Assembly (NCBI GenBank): GCA_016748015.1
Contig: JAAOMT010000718.1
Location: forward strand, 186,001-250,000
DNA length: 64,000 nt
DNA from: Geosiphon pyriformis uo1
Taxonomy: Eukaryota; Fungi; Glomeromycota
Direction of reading: 5' to 3'
The position numbers and the translations under genes are program-made. Under the pieces are notes generated by a model. It was not told the origin of the DNA, ran no database searches, and worked only from the letters and a program-made list of their open reading frames with translations. Shown piece by piece: positions 12,901 to 23,739 of this stretch. Each line of letters opens with the position of its first letter. Positions within the stretch are counted from its first letter, which is position 1.

Positions 12901-14700
12901 TATTACTAGTGATTGCACCTAAACTTTTACTCATTACTATATTTGTTTTTTAATTTTGTGATAAAAAAATTATTAATGATTGATATTCAGGATTAGACTG
13001 AGAAACTATTGGCTTAAATACATCCAATTTTTTAACCAACTTGTTGACTTGCTTTATAAAATTGATAAAACTGTACTCAAGAGTAGTAAATTTATTATTT
13101 AAGTTTAAAAAAACCAATAAAAAAGATTTAACATCTAAAGATAAACCAGCACCAGAAAAAACCAAAGACACCACATAAGAAGTAGAACTATCAGCAATTT
13201 GAGTTCAAGTCTTTCTACTAAATAAAACCAGATAAGCAATTAGTGTCTGTTTCTTTTTATATATATTTGTTAAATAAATTTGATCTTAAGAATTGACCAT
13301 TCATTTATTGTAATTATCTAAATTTTTACCTACTGAACACATATCAAATACATAATCAAATTGTTTGTATTGAGCACAACAAACCAAAAAAAAACTAATC
13401 CAGCACAAATTTACATTTTTAAAAACCAGAATAGAACCAATAACAGTTTTCTTAGATGCTTTATCAATAAAACAAATTATAGCACATCTGTCATATACAT
13501 ATGAACTTGGATTGTAATCAAAAGAACAAGTTTTTTTATCATATGATTTTAACAAATCAGAAAGATTATAAACAGTAGTGTTAATAGAAAAAGTATATAA
13601 CAAAGCTTGATAAAAATTTTTAAATACTCATAATTATTTATTATTAATAACTAATATCACATGCACAGAATTTTTTTCCATGAAACCTAACTATTTGAAA
13701 ACAACTAAACCACATTTAATAACTTAAACTCTACCAAAGTCTTTTGTCAAAAACCAATCAACTGTATTTTGATTAAAACTATCTTATTAAATTTAAAAAA
13801 GACTGATTTCATTGCTGATTTAAAAAATCTACTGAGATTTCTTTAACAATTACTTTTCGATCTGTGTAACTGTTTGTTCTTCTAATATTATTATTTACTA
13901 AAATATTTTACTAATAGCCAATTTCTTAGTTTTGTTTAAGCTTAATTTGAAAGTAAAAATTGATTTAATAATGTCTAAAAATTTTGAAAAAATTGATGTC
14001 TTTTTAAAACCATTAATATGATAAAAATTTTTTTTAATAGACAGAAGCTTATCTTCAAAAGTTTTGTCAGACACCACAGAAAATTTAACATTCAGTATAA
14101 AAAACTTTATCAAACCAAAATTTTTAATTTTTTTACTATATGACTCAGTTAATAACAATTTTTTAGAACCAACAAACTTAAGTGTTGAGAGTACCAATTT
14201 ATTATTATTATTATTACTTAAAACTTTAAAGGATGGCACACTCAGTGGCCACTCTAAAACATATATTTTCATTTGTGTTTTTCTTAAAGTTGTATTATCT
14301 ATCATGTTGTCTATTTTAGAAACATTAAAATCCATATAATTCATTTTTTTTGCAATTGTGTTTTTTATGTTTTTGATATTTAATATTTTATTAATACTAG
14401 TTTCTTTACTATTCATCTTACTATTCTAAGATTTTTTGTATTTATTTTTGTCAACTTATAATATATTAATAAATAAAAACCAGTCAACAATTCTACTATA
14501 TCATTAGGAACATCAGATTTTTTTGGCTTTTTATATAAAAAACTATAAGAGTAGATATTTTCAATATGTACTTTCTTTTTAGTGCTAAACCAAATTTCTA
14601 ATCCAGTTAAGCCAGAACTAAAATTATTAACAGAAAAGCTTACTAATTCTATAGCAATAAAAATAGACATATTAAAAAAAATAACAAAAAGTGTAAAGAA
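6995..14700 (-). mobile_element. Highly decayed non-LTR retrotransposon (LINE; ORF1 + APE-RT-RNase H ORF2), interrupted by solo LTR 10079-11073
   Basis: Fragments are homologous to the + strand LINE: LLWRIFY...AFVNDTI (9484-9681), VLAILQPIINY (8887-9171) and ORF1 pieces 12950-14670. The 3' UTR and (TAA)n-like tail at ~6995-7125 are the reverse complement of 63019-63157. Confidence 0.9.
10079..11073 (+). repeat. Solo LTR related to the B family, degenerate TSD ATAC/ATGC
   Basis: TGTTATCC...TGTAACA ends. Collinear with 22628-23719. Removing it rejoins the LINE RT motif YDWEGVLTNT. Confidence 0.85.
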
Positions 14701-14923
14701 AAAAAAATAAGAAAAGCTATTTCTTTAGGAACTTTATGTTTTTATTATAACTAAGAAATTAATAAGAAAAAGAGTTTTTTTTACTTTTTTAAATATATTT
14801 GTAAAATTTTTTTTAATTATTATAGTTTAATTTAAGTAAATTTTTTATTTTTTAAGATATTATTATTTATTTAAATATTTTTTATTAATTAATACTATAA
14901 GAAAAAAAACTTTTTTCTTTTTT

Positions 14924-16703
14924 TTGTCCAAAATTCCCAAAAAAGAGCCATTTTTTTCCGAAAAAAGTTTTTCCACAATTCAGTATGATAAATCTAAACC
15001 CTTTATTCTTGACTACGAGGCCACTATTGACTGTAGTATTGCTGTTATGAAGAAGACTGCTAAAGTTTCTGTTTCTGGTGATGGTTTCAGATCTGTTCTT
15101 CCAAGAAAAAAGAGAAGAAGAGGTGTTTTGGAGGATAGTCCTGGTGGTGAAATTGTTGGTCCCAAGATTCAAAGTAGTCATTCATGGAGTTCAGAAACTG
15201 GTAACACCACTGAGTCTAATAGTGTTGATATGGAGGAGGAATGTCTGGTAGAGGAGACCAGTTTTGATTATGGTAAAAGTGATACTCTTATTAGTGGAAA
15301 TTCTAATATAACACCTACTGGTTCAAAAATCAAAACAAAGAAGGCATTGGGCAAACCATTGGGTAAGATTAAATTTTCATTAAGTGAAAAAAAAGAAGAT
15401 GTTCTCCTGAACATTTCTTTGGAACTCCCTCCACCTCTTAAGAATCTGGTCAACATTTCTGTTTGTAAATTCTTTGCTTTGGATATTGGATTGGACAAAG
15501 TGGTTGGGAAGTCTTCTTAGGAAAAGCTTGCAGTAATCAAGAAGTTGTTTTCAAAAATCAATGGTTTTGGAAGGGCCTTTACCCCCTCAAAATTTGCTGG
15601 AATTATTAGAGCATTGTTTACTTCTGAATCAAGCTTGGCACAGGCTTTCAAAAAGGCTGAAGAAGTGAAGATCTTGGTAAACACTGATCTCAAAAAATCC
15701 TCTGAGCATTCAGATCGGACTGTGGTGGTTAAAAAAATTCCAGTTGGAACATCAGCTGAGGCTGTGCACACTGTACTTACTGAATTTGGTTCTGTTGTGT
15801 CAATCAAAATACAATTGGTAGGGCTATGGCAAAAGACTGTGGTTGAATTTGCCCAATCAGATTAGACTAATTTGGTTGCAGCTAAATAGTCCATTTTAAT
15901 TGGGAAAAATGTTGTGAGAGTGACCAAGGCTAATGCAGACAAGAAATCATGGAATACAAGAGATCAGCATAGAGCTTTGCTCTATATACTGCCAATGGGC
16001 ACCAATGCTCATAATATCTGGGACTTCATTGGCTCTGTGGATGGGAAAACTTGTGTCATTAATCAACATCTTGTTATATATGCCCAGACTAGATGTGCTG
16101 TTGTTTGTTTTGACTCTGCTGATTTGATTAATACTGTTATAGAAACTATGCCTGTCTTGAAAGGTGCCAATTTGCATTGGTCTTACATAAGTTCTGCTAA
16201 GTGCGCTAAGTATGAGAATTTGGGTCATACTTCTCTGAATTGTTCTGTGGATGAGAAAGTTTTTTCTAATGGCACACCTCATAAAATATTGTCGAATAAT
16301 AATAAAAGCAGACTGGCTTCTATTTATGCTAAACATTCTGCTCCAATCTTCTATCTGGTTTCTTTTGGTGATGTTTCTTGGGCCAATATTGTCGGTGGGT
16401 CTTCGTTTCCTTCTCTCTCTGTACATTATGGCTTAGCTTCTTCTGATTTCTCTTCAGAGATGAAACCTATCCCACAAGTGTCTTTGGAATTGAATAATAG
16501 GTTTACTGCACTTGAGCACAGTTTTGTCAGCCTCACAGAGCATGTGGATAAGCTGGCTAAGAAATTGGACTCACTTGGGCCAGTGGTTTCCCAGCTTAGC
16601 CCTGGATGTTAGCCATTGGTGACCCCTTTATTGCAGGATCAGGGGGCAGATGTAGTGATAAGTAAGAATTTGGGTGTGGCCACTAGTGGTGGGACTGTTG
16701 CGG
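14924..16703 (+). pseudogene. LINE ORF1 (nucleic-acid-binding, RRM-like + CCHC knuckle); C-terminal remainder at 57351-57488
   Basis: Co-frame ORF pieces 14924-15520, 15545-15865 and 15914-16612 separated by point stops. RRM-like VVVKKIPVG...FG and a degenerate knuckle CAKYENLGHTSLNC. Confidence 0.8.
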
Positions 16704-17719
16704 TATTATCAGAGGTTTTTGGTCTCTTTTCTTGAATGTTGTAAATGTCTGTTGGTTGCAAATTCACGTTTTCTAGAAGTAGTTGAACCTCCAATAACTG
16801 AATTTATCTTTAAATTATCTTCTATAATTTGAACTTGCTGGACTTATAAGTGGAATGGCCAATTTTTTGCCAGGTACTTTATGTAGTTACATTGTAGTAA
16901 ATGTCAACTCTTTCCCAGAAATTGCTTGTCTAAAAGCTTATTAAAAATGTGTAGTTACTTTGCTGTGAAAGTCAACTCTTCTACAGGAATTTCATCTGTA
17001 GACTACCTTAATAATTGTAATAAGAAAAAAAAATAAAAATAAAAGAAATGTAAAAGAAATAGGATTTTATCAAGGGAAACGTTTTCTATCCAAGCCTGGA
17101 GTCACTAATAGTTTACTGAAATTGGTAGCTAATCAATTTCAAAACATTAGTGAAGTTTTTGGAATTTTCCAAGTACAATAATTAAAGAATTTGGTTTTTT
17201 GAATTATTTGATTTTTTTATTTCTTCTTGTGTGTATAGAAATGGTTCTAAGTAATAAATCTAAAGTAAAATACATTTTCTTGAAGAGAAAAGCTCTTCTT
17301 TTATACAACTTGTTGTAGTACTAGTCTATGAACTTGCACTTTTTCTCTTTGCTCAAATTTTGGTAAACTAAAGATACATTTTGATAAACTACAAGTTATT
17401 TTCACTGAACTCTTGATTAATTTGGGTGAACTATTCATAATTTCGGCGAATTTCTGTAAATTTCGGCAAATTTCTTATAAATTTCGGCGAATTTCTGTAA
17501 ATTTCAGTGAATTTTAGAATGTTACAAAGTTCAGAGTATTGTGTAATTTAATCATCTTACTTTCTGTTATACTAATTAGATTATTTTAATTGAATTGTAA
17601 TATGTGATAATTGATTAAATAATAAATAATAATTTGAAATGATATTAATATACTAATTAATTATAGGAATTATAAGGGTAATTTCATGCTAATTAATAGC
17701 TAAAATTCTACTGGTAACA
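16704..17719 (-). repeat. 3' LTR of element A
   Basis: Near-identical to 56345-57350. Contains a 20-bp AATTTCGGCGAATTTCTGTA tandem array (~17440-17516). Confidence 0.95.
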
Positions 17720-18404
17720 TAATCTCCTCCTCAAGACTGAGCTCCATTAAAGTCCAAGTACTATCTGTAATATTGAGATAGTGATCCAAAATAATTGAAG
17801 TAATCTGGTCTAAAAATTGTTGAAATTTCAGTTCTGTGAGTTTGCCAATGTATTGGACTTTTATTAGTTGTAGTATTGAATTTTGTAGAACATTTTCACA
17901 AGTATTAAACAAATTATAAAGTCTAAAAGCTGCTCTAAGTTTGTAGTAAGTGTTTGTTGGTCCAGCTGCTGTTTTGAATTCATTGTGGATTTGTTTTTGT
18001 ATAGCTTCAGGAGTGAGATTTGTTGCTTTAAGTTCCAGTTTTCATTTATAAAGTGTCTTTCCAATGTGAAAGTATTTATAGATAGAGGTGTGTTTATTGT
18101 TCTGTTCATTGAGAAGTAGAAGTTTTTGTTGCATTGTAGCATTTGGTGGAATGTCAATAGGGGCAATTAAAAAATTTTCTTCCAGTACTTGTTTCAAAAG
18201 TCTTGGTAACTTATTTTCAGAGTGACTTCTTGTTTTTTTTCTATAGGAGTAATAGTTCTGTAAATGATTTACTACTGAGGCTGTGGTTTCTTTCTAAATG
18301 TAATTAATTTGACTTCCATTAATCATTATGAATAAGTCAGGAAGTGTTTTTAAAGCTAACATTAACTTTTGGAATATTTGTTGAATATTTCGGAGAATAA
18401 TCAT
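17700..18404 (-). pseudogene. Element A ORF3 (unknown function), frameshifted
   Basis: Starts MIILRNIQQIFQKL at 18404. The segment FNTCENVLQN...QYIGKLTELKFQQF is homologous to ORF3 of B, C and D. Confidence 0.8.
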
Positions 18405-18556
18405 GATAAAATTAACTAATTATAAAAAAGGAGAATAAAGAAAATTATTTTTTGAATATGGAGTTTTTATTTGTTTTTGAGTTTGGGTGTTTTTTTTTTT
18501 TGTAATTATTTACTATTTTTTGTCTTTATGTTTTTATTAAAGAATTATTGTAAAAT

Positions 18557-19943
18557 TTAAGTATTCAAGTTTGGTTGTTGTTCTATTATAATTATTAGTT
18601 CTAAATTTCGGAGAATATCTTCAGGATTAATTAAAGGGGAATGTGTATCAATTTGTGGAATTAATGTTTCAGGATTGTTTCTGGAATAATAGTGTTTCAA
18701 TCTGTCTTTATGTGCAACTTTTGCTAGTATTTTGTCATCAAGTTTTAACTTGTATGATCCATTGTCTAGAATTTCGTGAATATAAAATAGTCCATCCCAT
18801 TTGTTTTCAAATTTTCCACTTCATTGTTTTTCAGCCTTAGTTTTGTGTAAGAGAACTTTATTTCCAACTTTAAATTTGTTGGTAATAGATGGTAATTTGT
18901 TGTCATGTTTTTCTTTTTGTTGAGCTTGGGAATGTTTAATATGAGTTGCTGCTATTCTTCTTTTTCTTTCCAGTGTACTAAAAAGAGTGTAGGCCCTTTT
19001 TTGGAGTGTTTTTTGAAAGTTTTTTTCATTGATTGGTTGCACAGAGTATGTTTCTACTGTGAAATTAATTGGTAATGTTGCTGTCCTTCCATAAGTAAGA
19101 TTAAATGGTGTGTGTTTTGTAGTATTCTGTTTTAGTGTTCTGTATGCTAATAACATTGATGGAATAAAGATATCCCATTCTTGCTCAAAATCTGTTGAGA
19201 CTTTGGCTAGAGATTCACACAATGTTCTGTTAAAACGTTCTACAAGTCCATTTGTTTGAGAATAATAAGGTGATAATAAAGGTCTTTTGACATTAAACCA
19301 TTCACAAATTTCTTGTATTAAGTTGTTTACAAAATGTGTTCCTTGATCAGATAAAAGTTCAATTGGGCATCCATGTCTACAAATAATGTCTTTATAGATG
19401 AAATTTGCTACTGATTTTGCATCTACTCTTTGGATGGCTCTAGCTTCAGGCCATTTGGTAAGATAATCTACTGCTATTGCAATATAGCGATTTCCTTGGG
19501 TTGTGATAGGTAATGGTCTGACTAAATCAATTCCAACTCTGTCAAAAGGTTGTCCAACTTTGATTGGATTTAAAGATTCTGTGGGGCAAGTTCCTTTTCT
19601 TCTTTGACAATTATCACAAGATTTTACATATTGTCAAATATCTTTTTGCATGTGAGGCCAAAAATAATGTTCAAGGGTTTTTTGAATTGTTCCATCTCTT
19701 CCTAAGTGTGCTGAAGACGGATCTGTGTGCATATTATATAGAATTGTTTTTTTTTTCATTTTCCTGTATTAATCTAAGTGGTTGGTTTGAGTTTTTACAA
19801 TTTTTGTAATAGATTTTGTTGTGGTGTATAAAATATTGTTTGGATTGGTGTTGTAATCGATGTTTTTCACTTGGAAACCAATTTTCTGGCATGGTGAGAG
19901 TTTCTAAATAGTTTTTAATGTTGTTGTAGTTTTCTGGGTCCAT
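18557..19943 (-). pseudogene. Element A stand-alone integrase ORF
   Basis: Starts MDPENYNNIKNYL. Contains HHCC-region remnants, GIDLV, LSDQG, NGLVERFNRTL and a GPF-type C-terminal domain. Confidence 0.9.
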
Positions 19944-20022
19944 TGTTGTTGATTTTATTGTTTGTTCTGCTGTTAAGTTTGTTGGTGTTTTGTTGGTGTT
20001 AATGTTGATATTGATGTTGGTA

Positions 20023-22627
20023 TTAATATTGTTTTATTCTTGAGAGGCTATCAATATTAGTGTGTAGTTTTCCTGGTTTGTGATGTACAATGTATCTGTA
20101 GTCTGCTAGGAAGTCATTCCATTGAGACTGTTTGGCACTTTGTTCAGTTTTCTTTTTATTAAGCCATTTAAGACCAATATTGTTAATTATTATGTCAAAT
20201 TCTTTTCTATTCTTCAGGTATTGTTGAAAGTGTTTGAAAGCCCAGATGACTGCAGCAGCTTCTAATTCAGTTGAGCCATATTTGAGTTTTGTTGGCTTGA
20301 GTGTTCTGCTGACATAGGCGATAATTTGTTTCTGGCCATTTTCATCCAATTGTGATAAGATGGCACCAAATGTTATGTGTGAAGCATCAGTGGCTAATTG
20401 AAATTGTTTGTTGAAGTCTGGGTAAACAAGAACTGGGACTGTTGTCAATTTTGTTTTAAGAGTTTCAAAAGCTTTTTGTTGTTCTTTAGTTCATTTGTAT
20501 GATACATTTTTGTTGGTAAGATAATTGAGTGGTTTGGCAATTTCTGAGAATTCTTTTATAAATTTTTGATAATAAGAGACTAATCCTACAAATCTTCGTA
20601 ATTCTGTGGTATTTTTGGGAGTTTGAAAGTTTTTGACAGCACTAATTGTTCCAGAATTTGGTTTGACTCCATCTTTGCTAACAATGTGTCTGAGGAAGAT
20701 TAAGCTTGTTTTCCCAAAGTGACATTTTTCAATATTTAACTTTAATTCTGCTTTCTGTAATCATTGAAAAACTTCTCACAGGTGAATAAGGTGGACTTCA
20801 AAGCTTGGTAAGTATATATCAGTGTTATCAAGATATACAACTACTGATTGCCACAAGAGCCCTTCATATACAACATTCATGAGTTGCTGAAATGTTGCTG
20901 GTGCATTGCAGAGTCCAAAAAACATAACATTGAACTCATAATTTTCTTTTTGGGTGGTAAATGCTGTTTTGGATCAGTCTTTTGGGTCTATTTCGACTTG
21001 CCAATATCTACTTTCCAAGTCCAAAGTTGAGAAGAACTTGGCTTTTCCTAAAGCATCTAACATGTCATCAATTCTTGGAAGAGGGTAGGCATCTCCAATT
21101 GTAATACTATTCAGTTGTCTATAATCAACACAGAATCTGATTTTTTCGTTTTTCTTTTTAACTAAAACTACTGGTGAGGCCCAAAGACTTCTTGATGGTT
21201 AAATCAATCCGTTATTGAGCATTTTTTGGATCTCTTCTCTAATGAATTGGTGGCTGGCAGGTGGCACTCGATAAGCTTGTTGACGTTTTGGTGAAGCATC
21301 TTCTGTATGGATCTGATGTTGAACAATGTCTGTTTTTCCCAAGTCATTGTTGTCTTTTGCAAATATATTTGTAAATTCAGTTATCAATTGTTTCAATTGT
21401 CTTTGTTGTTAAGGTTTTAAGGGACTCATGTTAATACAAAAGAGTTTTTTTTCCAAAAGATGGTAGTTTTCAGTGGTGAGAATGATATTTGGATTTGGGA
21501 GTAGAGTGTGCCATACAATTTTGATAAAATTAGAGACAATTTGAGGGTTTTCATCTTGAAAAATATTGCTGTGTATGATTCCAATCTCTAATTTGTTTAA
21601 TAAAACAATAAGGTAATTATTAAGATTGTAGAATATAACTCAAAATTTTTTCATTTCTTTGGGAATATAAACGTTTGGAATTGAGATTTCATCCTTCAAA
21701 CAGATTTGTTTATTGAATTCAAAAATTTGTTGGGTAGTAGTGGGTTTTGAGCAAGTGTAAATTTCGTGATGTTCTCCAAAAGGTGAAATGGTAATTGGTT
21801 GGAGAAGTTGAAGAATCTGGTGAGATTCATTTTGTATTTTAAGAGCTATGTTTATTGGAACTGTAAATTGTCCAGTTAAACCAAAACCTTGAGTTCTTCT
21901 TTCACTTTTTCCCAATTGTTCTCTATTGTTAACTGATTGTAGACCCGAAATATTGATTAAGAGTAGGTAAATTGCTTAAGCAATTTTTTCAGCATGTTCA
22001 ATCTTGAATAGTTTGTCTGTTTCATTCTGCAATATGATGGTAATGTCTCCAGTGTATCCTGCATCTATAACTCCTCCTCTAATATTGATTCCTTTGCTTG
22101 CCAATAATGATCTGGAGGCAATTTGAACCATTGCTTCAGGTAGAATTTCAAGAGCAATTTTGAGATTGATTTTTGTTAAAGACTTTGGTTGGAGAACCAA
22201 AGTATTTTTTTCTAGGTATCTTAGGTCATATCTGGCATCAATTTCGTGTGCTTTTTCTGGTCTGATTCTTTGGCCATGGTTGTCAAAGTATTTAAGTTGT
22301 AGAGGTGGTTGCTTTTCAAGAAGATAGATGGGGGTGGTTGGTAGTTCTTTTACTAGTTTAGATACTCCAAATTCGATTTCATTTTCATTATTCTCCTCTG
22401 GCAGGAGAATGTTAAGAGCATAGCATTCTGAACACTATTTATTATCACAAGGCATGATGTATTCTTCACACAATTAAATGTTCATTTGTCATAATCATTG
22501 AATTTAAGCTTCTTGAGTCGGATATGTGTGGCTTGCAATTTGGTGGTAGGTTTCTACTTCATCTTCATAATCAAATTCAGCTTATTCCATGATATACTCA
22601 ATGTATTCAGCTTTTTTTATTTGGCAG
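20023..22627 (-). pseudogene. Element A ORF1 3' part: Cys-rich tail, dUTPase (~21870-22260), RT, RNase H
   Basis: dUTPase motifs ASRS, GGVIDAGYTG, KIA, RRTQGFG. RT motifs RFCVDYR, YLDN. RNase H motifs LATDAS, TELE, NIDSLSR followed by a stop. Confidence 0.9.
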
Positions 22628-23719
22628 TGGTTACCCGAGTAGAAAAACTGATCCAAAGTTATGAAGAAATGTGATCAAAACGTGACATAACACAGAATAA
22701 TGTGCAATAACATTGGATAACGCATTATAACGTTGGATAACGTGTTATAATGCAGGATAACACAGAATAGCATGTATAGCGTAGGATAATGTGTTATAAC
22801 ACAGAATAACACAGAATAACATGTAATAACGTTAGATAATGTGTTATAATATAGGATAACTAGCGATAACATAGAAAAATGAAGCAATAACAGAAACAAC
22901 AAAGCAATAGCTAGTGATAGCGAGACAATTGAAAGCAATCCTGTAAAACCAAAAGAATGTATAAAAGCAAGTAGTTATAGAAGTAAGAAAAGACAGAAAA
23001 GAAAAAATAGATACAAACTTTTAGACCAGAAATTAAAATATCCATACCCCTTCATCCTTTATTATCTTCCCTATTTCATCTTCTGAAATAAACCAATTAT
23101 TAAAAGAAATCAGAATCACGAATTCATGTTCTCGAACTTCATGGAATTTACGTAAATTAACTCTTGTCTCGTACTTTTGTTCTAGAACAGATGCTCTTAG
23201 CATAACCACCTCAAACCTATTAACGATTTGGACCAATTGCTTTTAATCACAGTGATTGACAATACTAATTTATCTTTTCTCTCTTTTCTTTTCTTTTCTT
23301 TTTCTTTTTCTTTCTTTTTCTGTCTTATTTTTTGTGGAGCGGCAACATAGTAAAATTGACTGTCTGAGAATAGACTTCGTGATAGCCTGATAAAAGAGGG
23401 AAGCTCCCCCTAAGTTTTGGATATTAACATTATCTTGTTAGCTTACCAGAAGGGTGAAAAGACAACGCCAGATCCTAATGACTGCACTCGTTAGCTCAGA
23501 GAAGAAAGCTCACATTTACAAAAAATGTTGCAATCAATGAAAGACAAACTCTGTGCCTTATAACCAAAGAACTCAACAGGTAAAATTCACATCTAGAAAT
23601 AGATCTTCAGAGACTGATAATCAAGACTAAGCCAAAAAAATTATGCGGAAGACACATTATCAATAATTGAGAGCACTAAACATTACCATTTCCCATACCC
23701 ACCAAGTTTACCCGTAACA
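22628..23719 (+). repeat. 5' LTR of element B with ~10-bp periodic ATAAC array (~22686-22870)
   Basis: Direct repeat of 41648-42719. Confidence 0.95.
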
Positions 23720-23739
23720 TTTGGTGCTTTCTGTGAGGT

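Noticed and set aside
22675-23236. Repeated antisense ORFs in B LTRs (also 41541-42236) as membrane proteins
   Set aside because: The hydrophobic translation is a by-product of the ATAAC tandem array. They recur only because the LTR is duplicated.
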